Source of the DNA: the human T2T-CHM13v2.0 reference genome, Homo sapiens
Reading direction: 5' to 3' (one strand)
NCBI RefSeq assembly: GCF_009914755.1
Contig: NC_060930.1
DNA: 64,000 bases
The notes under the pieces are model-generated. The model was not told the origin of the DNA and did not search any database. It saw only the letters and a program-made list of their open reading frames with translations. Positions 28,664 to 42,258 of the stretch are shown piece after piece (the stretch's first letter is position 1; the number at the start of each line of letters is the position of its first letter). The position numbers and the translations under genes were made by a program.

Positions 28664-29679
28664 TCAGTGTCACAGACATGGCCTGTCTCCCATACCCTTA
28701 GGCTATTCCAGAATGAATGTTTTCATGTCCTTTTATTGTTGCTTCCAGCAAAGTCTGGCCCTACCCTTTCAGAGAGTGGACAGATTATAAACACTAGGCA
28801 TCTGATCATATTAAAGGTTGCAGGGAGATCTGAGTCTCAAACCCTGCTGCCCCACTGCAGGAAAAACAATCTGCTCATCCTTTTAGAAAAGTTAACTCTA
28901 GATCAGTCACATGTTTAAACACAGTACTGTCATCCAAATGAAAACTGCTATGTTATTATTCTTTTTTCCTAAAGTGCTTGCTAAAACACAGAAAACTGCT
29001 GTATCATAATCAAATTCCACCAATCAATTTTCAGATTAGAGGCCCATAGCCTTTACTTCCTTCAGAAACAAAAGAAAGGAGGTCTCATAACAATGATTAG
29101 GAGGTTTCAGGATCCCCCAAAGCTCACCAAAAAAGGACAGTCTGAGATACCTCTTATCAAGGCAGATATATTATGATCATGAGATATTTGGAACTAAAAT
29201 TAAAGTGTCAATTTTCAGTTAAAAACGGAAGTGATGTAGTTTGAAATTGTTTTTATTTCCGAACATGTCAACCACTTCTCGACTTTGTGATTTTGATAAA
29301 TGTCAGCCTCACCTGTTTGTTTCCTTGGCTTTGTGGGTTGTAGCAAGCTGTGCACAGTGGTTTTTCTGGTGTTTTTCAGATCTCATCAGAAGATGCCAGA
29401 AGTGGTCATCTTAAGAGCTTGTTCAAGGGCTATACTTTAGAGGTACAGTCTAGTATGCACAACCCAGTAGAATTATCTGGAAAATAATAGGAAAATAGGT
29501 GTTCTTTTCTTATCTATCCACTCTTTTTCTCTAAGAAAATTTTGGCAAGAGAGAGAACTGGTGGATGATTTTGTTTTTTATTTTTCCTTGTAGACCAAGG
29601 AAAATAGTTAATTCTTGAGTGGTTAATTATTCCAAAGGACAGATGTGTTCCAACAAATCATGGAGGGGTGGCATGGATT

Positions 29680-29913
29680 TGTAGGGTCTGTGGGCTATGG
29701 CATAGGACTGCTGGGTTCATATCCCAGCTTTACCACTTAGTGTGCTGTGTGAGTTGCTGAACCTACTTTAACTCAATTTCTTCAACTGTAAGATGTGTAT
29801 AATCATAGAGTTCTTGCAAAGAAGAATTAAATCTTGAGTTAGCTAATTAATACAGAGTGCTTAGACTGGTGCTGGCACTAAGCAAGCATCTAGTAAATAT
29901 TAGCTATTATCAT
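29680..29913 (+). mobile_element. MIR
   Basis: gactgctgggttcatatcccagctttaccactta...gtgctggcac...agtaaatattagctattat. Confidence 0.85.
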
Positions 29914-29915
29914 TA

Positions 29916-30224
29916 CAGGTCCACAGTCACTCATGTAAAACATGTGGGGCCAGATGAGTTTTGGAGTTAAGAATATTTTAGATTTTAGAAGTTATGTATA
30001 CTCTATATTATATAACACCCACTATAGGATTTGGGGTAGAAACTCTTAAACACTTTAATATTTCCACAGCCAAGTCTGTAAAATAGTTACATTATGTGGG
30101 AAGAATAAAAACTATAATTAGCTCAGGTCAATTAAGGTTAGGTTTTGCTATGAAATGAGCTAGCAATTTTTTTTTGTTCAGACTTTTTAGGTTTTCAAAT
30201 TTCAGGTAAGGAACTGTGAAACTC
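29916..30224. mobile_element. TcMar-Tigger MITE (MER46C-like)
   Basis: TA-flanked; ends caggtccacagtc...gaactgtgaaactc; internal ggggccagatgagttttggag. Confidence 0.7.
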
Positions 30225-31279
30225 TATTATATTTTCTGATGTTCCTGAGCCAAACCTGACTCTACCATAGAATGACAAGCATCCATAAGGATGGGAACAA
30301 ACACACCTCTGCAGTTTTCAAAGTGTTACTGGCTCAGGCTCACTTTCGGGCAAGCCGGCTTATATCAGGGTCCTAGTGTTCAATTAGAACTGAACAGAGA
30401 TCACACATAAAACAATAAGGTTTAGTTAAATGGTTGACTTGAAATTCTAAAGAAGAAAATACCAAATCTGCTTCCTAATTATGATATGTCCAGAAACCAT
30501 AACTCATTTTGTCCTTTTCCTCCATTCCCTATATGCAGTACATGATGATACTACAGACTCATAGCATTCTTTTGGTTAAGAAATTTAAGATGAGGAAGGG
30601 ATTTTCTGTACAATGCAACTGGCAATGAGAAAAGACAACTTGCTAAAATATGAGGTTGAGTGATCTTATGGCTTAGCCTATGAATATCTTCTCTTAAAGG
30701 CAAAATCCATGCCTTTCACTCTGTCTGATAAGTGGTCCAGATGGAGTATTAAGCTGAATTTCTTTCTCATTAACAAAAAGTAGGAGTGCCTAGGAACCCC
30801 ATGCCTGCAGAAATTGAACTTGAGTTATTATTCACTTCTTATATCTCTTTAAATTTCAAAATTATTTTGGGATCTACTGACCATGGCAAAACTCAAAATA
30901 TAGATTACACAATTCAGTTTATGTGTCTCCAGTTTTTCAGCTTTCCTACAGCAGAGCATCATCAGTGAATGAACTTTGTAGAATTTTGCTTGGCATTTAG
31001 AGGAATGATAGCTAAATGAATGTATTCTCACCCGATAATTCCATTATAGTCTCCAAGGCTCACCACTCATTAATTGCTTCTCTAATTGCTTTATGAGAAA
31101 TTGCTATTTGATAGGTTTTTCTCCTTATTCTTTCTAATGTCGTTGAGAGTTGCTAATTTACTTACTAGATAATTTAGGATAAGTTACATAATTTATTTGA
31201 GCATTTACAAATAATTTCAACATGCTGAATGCTGAATTGCCCTTGTGATATAGTGTGCTCTGTTGATCTATTTTTTGAT

Positions 31280-31580
31280 ATTCATTAATTCAACCATTTA
31301 TTCTACAAACAAGTTTTGAATGTTTATAATGTGCGAGGCATCGATCCAACAACTGTGGAATCTATAAAGAGGGTTGGTGTCCTAAAGGAGCTTATATTCT
31401 ATTAGGGAAAGAAGACTGAAATAATTAGAATCCAAGGTTGAAAGTGATGAATGCAGAGGCCTGGACAAAGTCCTATGGGAATTCAGAAGAAGGATGGAGA
31501 TTATTTCTAGCTGGGGAATTTGAAAATGGTTTAACAGAAGAAATTGTCTTAGCAGTATATCAAAGGATAAATACAATTCA
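31280..31580 (-). mobile_element. L2 3' fragment
   Basis: attcattaattcaacc...ttgaatgtttataatgtgcgaggca...cctaaaggagcttatattcta. Confidence 0.65.
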
Positions 31581-32189
31581 TTTTTATTAACAATTGATTA
31601 AAGTATTGCCTTTTGTTGTCCATCAAGGGAAGACTGCTTAGGTAAATAATGGCACTTCTAAAATTAGAGAGACATTAAAAAATATGTAACAGCCAGTATA
31701 ATGTATACACTGACAATTCAGAGTAGATGTTTGACTTTTTAGGATGGACAGATGCCAGCCTGTATCCTCTTCTGGTACATGCTGACTACATATTGAGTCT
31801 ATATACAGTGGAATATGTGGAAGTAAAATGATGATTCAAATAACATTTTTTAAACCTGGATAACTGCAACATGCTGGTGCATAAAAGAGAGCAAGATAAG
31901 CAACAAAAGTTATAAAGTATGAATTATTTGTATATAATTGTTTGCATATATTTAAATCTAGAGAATTGTCTTAGTTTGAATTGTAAAATTTCAAATGAGT
32001 TTTACCTATTCTTTGCATTTTTCTGTTTGAGTCATTTACAGCGACTATGAATCAATTTTATAAAAGAAACAAAGTATTTTAAAAGCCATGTCAAAAAACA
32101 TTCTGAACAATATTTAAACAGATACATTAGTGAAAAACATAACAATTAGAAGGAAATTATAGCTATGTATAGGTTATGTATTCACGAAA

Positions 32190-32890
32190 ATAATCTAGTT
32201 GGTGGAAGCAGAAATGAGATAAAAATAAGGTGGATACATATGGATGAAATAAAGTTGGAAACTAGTTGGCAGATCCTGGAAAACCTTGAAGAATACAAAT
32301 TTGACTTTATCTAATAGGCAAGTATGGATGGGGGCAGTTGCAGTTTTTGAATGAGTAATGATTACTGAGAAGCCCTTATTTAGAAGTTTTTCTGGAAACA
32401 ACCTTTAGAAGAAATTTTTGGTGACTGACACTGGAATTATGGATGACATTTAAGAGGTTACTGCAATAATCTACAGAGGCAAACATGACATGGAATTTGA
32501 CAGTAGCATCAGGAATGAAAGTGCAGCAGAGACACCATAAGTTTTTTTGGAGGGAGAATGAACAGAACTTACAGACTGAAAGGGTAAGGAAGGCAAAGGG
32601 GAGGAAAGAGCCATTGACGAATGCTGGTAGCATTAGCTTAAATAAAGCAATTTCAAAAGAGCTACACATTAGTGATAAAGGTTCAGAGAATCGGAATGTG
32701 AGATCTGAAAGTGATCATTTTTATTCCTCTTATTTCATTGTATGTAGGAAAACAAAACTGAGGTTAAGCAATTTATCAAAAGTTATACAGTTAAAGCTTC
32801 AGTTGGTTTTAGACTTATCAGTTTGAAGTGCCATAGAGTATCCCAGGATATCTGATAAACCCATTAGAAATACGGATCAAGAGCTCTGTC
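32190..32890 (-). mobile_element. L2 fragments (with a short MIR piece near 32720-32790)
   Basis: atttgactttatctaataggcaa...gaggttactgcaataatctacag...agtttgaagtgcc. Confidence 0.55.
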
Positions 32891-33389
32891 AAGTCCCATC
32901 TTTTCCTTTAGTCAAAATTGAAGACTCCTCCATAGTCCCATATAATTATACATACTTCTAATATAGAATTTACAAAATTTTATTTGCTTTTATTGTTTTC
33001 CTCCAAAAGAAAAGGACCAGGTCTCATCGTATATACGTATACATAGGCATACATATATATGGCTATGTATATATAACTGGTACTGATTATAGGCGCTCAA
33101 AATTGTTTAAATGAATAAATGAAAAAGAAAAGTGACAAGTAACATATATTTGAGAGTCTTTCTAGAAGTTGTTATAGAAGATAAGGTAGTTGAAGTCCTC
33201 AAAGGAGACTGTATAATTACAATAGAACCTCCTTCTCCTGCTTGAGATATCCACCTATGTGGATATAGGTATATAGGTTTATAACCTATTACCAGAGACT
33301 TCCAAATGAAAGGGCAGTCTCTTTTTTGTATTACAGATAAGCCAAATGGCATTATGAATAGTTCCCTTAAATCAAGGATTATGACACTG

Positions 33390-34220
33390 AATGCATCATG
33401 CCTCTCCACATGCAGTCTGTTTCTCCTCCCTAAGCCCTATCTTGGTTAATAGCACCATTATCCAGGCTATCAGAAATCTGAATGTTGAGCTATCCTCGTG
33501 TCCTAAATCTGATCCTTGTTCTATCAGATTTACTTCCTGAACATCTCACAAGTGGATACCTCATTCTGCCCCCATGATCTCCTACTGCTACTCGTTGATT
33601 CCAGGTCTCATAATTGCTCTTGGAACATTGCAATAACTTACCAAGTTGTCTTCTTGGCTCCAGTTTTATCTATATCCCAAAGCCAATTAGAAAACAAAAT
33701 TGTCTTTATAAAACCTAAGTATTGTTTTTATTTTTCTCTTTAACAAATGCTGCAAAGACTCTCAATTTCTCAGGTTACAAATCATACTCTTTTCTGTGGT
33801 GGGGTGCCGTTTGTGTTTTGGTCTATCTATCTAATTTCAATGCTCTTCCACTTACTGCTCCAACTACATTCACCTAATCACAGCTCCTCAAACACTCCAT
33901 GCTGTTTTGAAGCTGGTTACTTCCTTTCTCTATAATGCTCTTTCTTCTATTCTGAAGAATTCCCATTCATCTTTAGAACAAGCTCAGTTAACATTCTTAT
34001 CTGAGTAACATTTTCTAACATCACCTGATAGGTCTGATCACTCCTCTTATGTACCTTTTGCCATGTGTTGTTTCCATTATACATTATTGCATGTACATGC
34101 CTGTGGAACAGAAAATTATACTATAAATTCCGATAGAATAGAGACTTAGTTATTTTTAGTCCTGCACCAGGTGCAGATAGCAAACATATAATAAATATTT
34201 ATCACCTTTTGCATAAAAGA
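33390..34220 (+). mobile_element. L2
   Basis: ttggttaatagcaccattatccagg...ttgcaataacttacc...ttcccattcatcttta...aataaatattt. Confidence 0.7.
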
Positions 34221-37200
34221 ATGATGTCTGGGGAGACCTTTTTTTTTTTTTAAAGTTTTATTTGTGTCCTTAATATAACACTTTTAGGAAAGAGCTGGGA
34301 ATAGGGACAGATTTCGAAGTTTAATGAATAAGATACTAAAGAGTCAGTTTTAGTAAATGTGGTAAAATATATGTTATGATGGAATACATACACACACACA
34401 TACATATATGTATATATATATAATGGAATCTTAAAAAGAATCTCAGAGTCCTAAAGAGATCTTAGAAGACCTAAAGAAGTATATGGAAAATTGGAAATAA
34501 ACCAATGCAAAAATGCAGACTTGAGTTTAAAGAAGTGAGAAGACAACAAAGAATTAAGATGAAAACAGAAAGGACTTTGTCTTACATATTTTTATATCTT
34601 TAGTGCTGTGCAGATAGAATCATTCAATATATTTACATAGAGGAAAGGGATATGAGGAAAAGAAAGGATGAAAAAGACACAGAAGGGAGGCTAAAATAAA
34701 TAAATTGAGGAAATTTATATTTAAAACAAAATGAACAATTAGGTTCAACTTATCTCCAACTTTTCCATGACATTATCAACATAGGTTCTATTCATCCTTA
34801 GCTTTTAGCATGCTTATCATCTATAATCAGACTGTGAAACTACTTTGAGGCCAGTTTATAGAGGTTTTTAAATACCATGATAAGCACTTTGACTTTTAGA
34901 TCTCTTGTGCAGGGGATGCTCTTCCTATTTCCTTAAAATAAATGCCCTTTGGGAAGTGATGCTTTAGTTGGATTAAGTTTACCTGACTACAAGAAGTGAG
35001 AAAGTCTCCAAGAAGTGCAATTAAGAAGGGGTAATACAAGTGTACAAGCATAAATAACAGTATAGGGATTAATGTATCAATTAGAACAAAAAAAAGCATT
35101 GATGTATATCAGAGAAAAAAAATAGAAATTTAAAATCAGTTAACTTGTGGGCTACAAAAGAGGCATGAGTCAAGTTTGGGAGAAAGATTTTTTTTCACAC
35201 TTTGTTGTACCCTCCCTCTGATGTCCTTTGTAAGGTATCATAGTGCCTATGAGAGGATTTTTAATCTACAAAACTATTCAGAGAAGGCAAGCCTGTTCAG
35301 AAATTTTAAATGGTCTTTTGATGTAGCTGAGATGTCATGGGAGGCTATCACACCTTCCATGCTGACAATGCCTTAGGCCAGTCATGCTGATAGGGCAGTG
35401 CAGAGACAATGTGAATCGTGCTCTGGGTTTGAATGTAAGTGCCTAGGTACAAGAGTTCAGTGATTTTACTATGCGACAGCCATTGAACCACTTATTTTCA
35501 TTATGAAGGAAATTAAACATCTGCCTTCAGAATAAAATACCATCCATGACTATCCAGGTATGCTGTTACTGGAATTGATTGAATATAGCTTTATAACATT
35601 TCACATTTATTTTGCATTTGTCTTTTTCTAGCTATGAATTTCTGATTTTGAGTATCATACACCCTCTTTCCTTTCATACCTTCATGCCTCATTGACATTA
35701 AGGGGAAAAAATACAGATTTGAGAAGCAATACTTACAAAAGCATCGCAAGCAGGCCAAGATAATACAGATATTTTCCTCAATCACTAAAGTTATGGATTA
35801 AGTTAATCAGAAGCAGCATTTGTGATACACATAGTTTTATTTTTTTTTTGAAATATACATTTTAGTGGTATTTCTAGCCTTAGTCTGCTTTCAGTAGACA
35901 GATCCTTGCAACTATGCATCTCCTATTATGAATGACTGGCATGAGATTTGTTTGACATTGCTGACTAGACACTGGTATTAAAAAACAGTATTCAATGTTT
36001 TCATTTTATGCTTTAATACAGAAAAGCTTCAGCCAATTTGTGGTGTTTAGATTTTTGAGGAAGTAAATAACTTTTTAAGTTATGCTGTTTCTAAATACAC
36101 TATTTTTGTTTTCTTACCCACAGAATATTATGTCTACATCTGATTATTGTGATAAGTGGTTTCAAAGTCAGCCCAAATGATCTAAAGGAACCTGGTTGTT
36201 TTGCTAGTCTTTTATGTGAGATGCATTCCTAATGCAATCTGTGGAAACTCTTGTGAACATTGGCACAGATTGATGACTATATGTACAAAATTCCACTTAG
36301 TGGTTTTAGTTATAAGGGCTATTTTTAACAAAGTTTGAGGAAGACAGTCTATGTATAATTCCTTTGAAGCATATTATCCTATAAACCCTCAAAAATGGTA
36401 GCATATCTTTGAGCTACGAAATGAATCATTCTAATTGCACTAAAACAACAAAACTCACCAACTAAAACGCCATCAACAAAATCTTAGTATTTTTCTCTGA
36501 CAGAGAATAAAAGTTCACCATCATAATGACTTTTTTTTTCAAAGCTTTTGATTTTTCTTTCCTCTTTTTTTTTCTTACTCTAAACCAGTAGGTTTATAAG
36601 CCGTGTACTTGAAGAGCAAAGCCATTTGCCATTTGGTAGAACTGGCTGACATTTCATTTTTTCTGGGCAGATTGCAGATTAGTTTGACATTATTTTGCTG
36701 AGCTCTGTGCTACATCATTAACGTATTGCTTATGACTAAAAGCAAAGTAGTTTCATTTTGTGGCATAATACCCTACACTCTCTACAAGTAGCAAAAAGTA
36801 TGATTTTTCTTTGAAAATGACTAGGTATTGCTTCAGTCTTGTGAAAAAAAACAGAATTCTATTAATGTAACAAAATGTATCACTAAAATGGTGTGTCAGA
36901 GGGGAACGAAAACCTCTATAAAGGCATGATGTGTTTACTGTTGATATCTCTAAATCTTGGCTAGAAATGAGAAACATTCATGAAATATTGGACTTAAACT
37001 GAGATTACATCAGTATGGTAGCAATATCGTACTTGTCAACTAACAGAATATAACTGCTTGGTTGTACCACATGAAAATGAAAATTCACTTTTTGATCTAA
37101 GGCATAATTCTTTTCCTGTCCATGTTAGATAACTTTTTGTTTTCAATGTAAATAAAGTAGAGGCTAGGGAACTGTATCACAGGTTGGCTTTGTTTGGGAA

Positions 37201-39116
37201 ATCGGGAATAACAAATGGCTGATCATTTTTTAATTAAAGTGGTAATCAAACAATTACCAATGCTCTTATTTCAGTTGTTAATATATCTGCTCACATCCTC
37301 TTTCCCCCCACTGAATTAACTCTAGTATGAAAAATTTAAAAAGCCACATTGTACAATTGTTGATTTCTTTCCTACTTAAGGAGCAATTGTTGTATTATAA
37401 TTATATATGATATGGATGAGTTATGTTGAACAATTCACTTGCTGTGATTTTTCCCTTTTTTTCATTATGTTGACATATTTTATGAAGACAGAACATCTCG
37501 TTGCTGCAAAATGCTGCTTTTAATGACAGTAAGCACCTAAACGAAGTATTGTGCAAATGTTTTGGTCACACACACCTTAATGTTTAAACAAAACATCAAA
37601 CCAATTAGCAAGCCATGCTTCAGAGATACTGTATATAGCCTGATAGCAGGTTCTAACGTTTTTTAAAATCTCATTAAATTGATGAACTTAATTCTTCCTA
37701 CTTTTATGGTAGCAGATAGGAAATCTTGAGGGACAAACAATAATTTCACAGTCATCTGAGATTATTACACTGATTACCTTTTATTAATTCAATTTCCCAT
37801 TTGTTTCTTTGACATTTTGAAAGGATAAAAAAGTTTTTTTGTGTATGTGTGTGAACTTGCTTTTGAAGCCCCACTATTTCTAATAATAAAAAGCGTTCAG
37901 GGATGATGTACATTGCTTCAACATACTCTATTCATGTTGTACATCAGAGATGACTTGGTTTCTACAGCGTCTTAGATAGAAGGCTATTAAACCAGAAAAA
38001 AAGTATGCAATTTTCAAGAATGATTTAAGGCGTATCTCTTTTTTTTGTTCCAGCATGCTTATCTTCTAATTCACCCTATATGTTAGGTTTTATCTGAAGG
38101 AAATCTACACATTCAGTTTTCTCCAGACACAAAATCTAAGAGTTGGGGTATAAGGGGTAGGACCACACAAAAAGCAAAAGACTTAGAAAAGACATTAACA
38201 AGGATTACATTTCTTTGATTATAATTATCTTATTGCTATTAGGTTTGTTCTGCTTTATTTTACGTTTTAAGACTTATAGTAAAAATTATACCCAGGCTAA
38301 AGTTTCAAAAACTTAGATAGAGAGATACACAATAAAATATAAAAGTAGTATTTGAAAAAAATGCGATTTTACTTCTGGTTGCAAAATTGCCTTTTATATT
38401 TTTAGATAAATATTTACCAACTTATTTTGGATTATAATCAGATTATTGATATGGTTATCAAAATTTTCCTTCAGTGAGGTTGTTCATACACATTCAGCTA
38501 GATTCTTCCAATGGATAATAATTCTTAGTCAAAAGGTCAAATTTATTCTAGTTTTAATCAATGTCCCATTATTGCAATCCAAATGAGCTTAATATTACCC
38601 ATAAATATTGTGTTTATAATTTTTATCTTCATTAGGAATAAAAGATAAAAATTCTAAATGTATGGCTTTTGAACCAAGTGGTATGGTGTTGGTTTCTTGT
38701 AGAAATGGTCAAAATACTTTGAGGTATGCTAGCTGTTTTAGTTTTCTGGAGTAATGTTTAGTATATTATTCTAATAGACCTAGAAGCAATATCCAAACAG
38801 GCCGGAGAAGTTAAAGTGCTCCTGAAACTGATCTATTTATTCCCGTGGAGGACTCTTGGATCTCCTTGTTGGTTCCTTGTTATTGGAAAATCATATCAAA
38901 TATGAATTCATATTAAATATTATTCTTTCAATAAACACTGAAAAGGAAATTGTATTTTTCCCATATTGTTGACAAATCAACTGAAACAACTTTATTTTGC
39001 TTAATGAGTATTGGTTCCAGCCAGATGGGCTCATTGTTATTTCCTCAAAAGCCAGTAGATGGAAAACTAATCAACATTTTAATAAGTTGTTTTATGTACC
39101 CAAAATAAGAGTAGAA

Positions 39117-39146
39117 TGTGTGTGTGTTTGTGTGTGTGTGTTTGTG

Positions 39147-39181
<35 letters not shown>
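39117..39181. repeat. Interrupted (TG)n microsatellite
   Basis: Direct inspection. Confidence 0.97.
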
Positions 39182-42017
39182 TTAAGCAAATCAGGGAGAT
39201 TATATGTTGGGGGGAGACAGAGGCTAAAGCAATGGCTTTTTTAAGTTATTTATCTATGTTCCAGTGTTTGTGGCCAGATGGGCATCTGTGCTACAAAGAG
39301 AAGGTAATATTATTGGCAAGATGAAATGATGTGAGAGGATTTCAAATTGTCCTATGAACTTATGAGAACTATCAATAGTTTCTCTAGTTTTCTATTTAAT
39401 TGAAGAAACATGACTAGAGTCATTAGATGACCTCTACAAATCATTAATGATGCAGCTGGAGAGGAATTCTAAGACTCCTATTTTCGAGTGGACTGTTTTA
39501 CATATGCCACTGCCATCAAACAAAGCAATTCAATAAAGCTAGAGGTAATACCTTGCTGTGAGCAGATATTTATTAGCACATGCCTATCATACTAAAATTT
39601 TCCTAAAACCATCTGCATAGTATTGTTTGCAAGAAGTATTCCGAAATATGATGGAGATGAACTATTCAGTTTCAGAATGACTGCAATAAAAGCTACAATA
39701 AAGGGAACTACTTATTGCCATAGAAACAAGAATGTATGCACAACAATAACATTTGAAACCAACAAGACTGTTCATAATAGCATATCATAACCTAGAATCT
39801 TTTGCTTACAGTATGATTTTGGTTTGTGTTATTACTGTAAAGTACACCAGTGGCTTATATTTGCAGGACTAGAACTGTCTCAAGATGCTATGATGCTCAA
39901 TTGCATCATCCAGAATTTAGAATCAGTTAATCTAATTTTAGTGATGGCAACTGAATTTCCAGGCACACATATAAATTTGACAGTAAAGTGTAGTTCTGAA
40001 AAACTATCCTGATCTCTGTGTTTGTATGTGGCATTGTGCATTATTTGATAATACTAGAGAACACATTATTTTCTCATCCGAATTTTTCTTATAATTAAAA
40101 TTACCATTTTAAGTATTGGTAAATTTTTTTACAAATAAGTAAAGTTTTAATTGCTTATTATAAAGTTTTATGATAGACATTATATTCTTGACTTTCTTAT
40201 ACATAGTAGGTTAAACATAATTAAAATTTATCTTGACAGCCTGAGCTCATAATTAAGACTATCAATGATAATATTTTGTGAGTCAGTAATATTGACACAC
40301 AAATGCCCTCAGTATCTTTTTTTTTTTAAATTCAACCCTGCTTGTATTTGCTCTAAAGGATCCTTGTCTGCTATAGTGTGTCCTTCCTGTCAACTGTGGC
40401 TTCACTGGGGTTAGTACTGCTTCTTTGTTTTATTCATTTAATTACCATTTGTGAATATGTGACTGTGTTAGAAATGTCTGTAGAACAAGGACAAATGGGT
40501 TCCGAATAAATATCTGAGATTTTTCTGATAATTAAAATGTTGTTGCCTTGATGAATGTTTTGTGAAATTTATCCAGAGACCTCCTTTGTCAGCTTAGAAT
40601 TCCAACCAAATTTTATGTGGTAGTGAATGCTAGATTGCTAACTTGTTGATAAATGTGTTATTATTATAATTTGAACGTGTCAGATATAGTACCACACAAA
40701 GGAAAAATCTGGCATGTTGAAAAAAAAAGAGAATTTCAGGGTTCATCTAGCAAATCAAAGAATATTGAATCAATCAACAAATAATCATTACTTAGAGGCA
40801 AAGAAATTGAACTGTCACTTCATACCATTAGTTAGATAATGATTAACACAGACTCTTAAAATAAAAATAAAAGCTTCTGAAGGCCAGTTCACTTCTGTTG
40901 TAGATAGCAAATTTTACCTTTCAGTTTTATTTAGTTCTTTGAAAACTTATAACTACCAGATTGTAATAGCAACCATACATAGCAGAAACATAAATATTTG
41001 GTGAAAAGACATCCCCGATAGGAATATCCAACAAATATAAAGTACTGTAATCTAAACTCCAAATTCCAAAATGTTAATAAAGCCATCATGGAAATGGAAG
41101 AAAGGAAGTAATCTGAATACTTGAAGGCTTTTATTTTAAAGTTTTACATGATGAAATCAGAAAATTGAGTATTTATATCAACTATAAAGTGTCATCTCAG
41201 ATTAATTGCCTAAAGTTTTAAAGTTAACAGTTTGGATCTTTGCAATAAAGTCATCTGCCTAGGAGGGATAGTAGTAGTAAGTAACAGACAATCTACATTA
41301 TCTACATTTCTTCATGTAGGTTTCTAGTGGGCCTTCTTTTATCTTTTATTTTCTTTGCTAACATGACATCTCTAAGTACATTATTTTTTGTGTTTCATAC
41401 TTTGGATTCTACATGGCTGAGTCATAAACACAATTCTCAAGGTCCTAAGTCATGTTCGTACATGAAAAAAATTTTGTTTTGGCTGTAGGATTTTTTTTTA
41501 ATTTTAACATACCAGAAATTTTACCTTCGAGCTCTGAATTTTCAAAAAGTGGCAGCAACTTTATTTAGAAGTTTCTTCTCATGCCTCAGTTTTGTCGCAG
41601 CAAGTTGATAGGGCTTTAGCTACATTATCTCATAAGTTCTTTAAGATTCATCAATTCATATTAAAAATTGGAGAATAAGTGTGCATCCATTGATATTTGG
41701 CCTTTGAATTTGTTCCACCTGCCAATAAAGTAATATTTCTTGGCAGCTTGCCATGAAAGGTCAGCACTTCTTGGCATTTTTTTCACCTGATTTTTAGATA
41801 TTCATTCAGAAATAGTTATTTTTCTCTGTGGTCAAAGCTGTGGTTTATGAAGATATACATTCTTTTGCAACTCCATCTTATAGAATTTTGAGTTTATTCT
41901 GACAATTTACTTTGGTGCATATAAAAAGACTGCTTGATAGTGCCAGTGTCAGTTTAAGTTTAGATCTTTGTAGGACATGGCAAAGAACATAATTTTCATT
42001 GAAAAGCTACATAAACA

Positions 42018-42258
42018 TTATAAGACCTAGTACTTGATGGCACAATAGGGTGCCCATAGTCAATGATAATTTATACTTTTAAAAATAACTAAAATTGTGT
42101 ATTTGGACTGTTTGTAACACAAAGCATAAATGATTGAGGAAATGGATATCCCATTCTCCATGATGTGATTATTTCACCTCACATGCCTGAATCAAAACAT
42201 CTCATGTACTGCATTTATACACCTACTGTGTATCCACAAAAATGAAAAATTAAAAAAA
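42018..42258 (+). mobile_element. L1MA 3' end (5'-truncated)
   Basis: taagacctagtacttgatggcacaatagggtg...atggatatcccattctccatgatgtgattatt...A-rich tail. Confidence 0.85.

Noticed and set aside
36124-36215. Candidate + strand exon after ttttcttacccacag
   Set aside because: Two frames stop, the third gives an unrecognised peptide, and there is no convincing donor.
38899-38914. 16 bp perfect palindrome aatatgaattcatatt
   Set aside because: One or two are expected by chance in a window of this size and composition.
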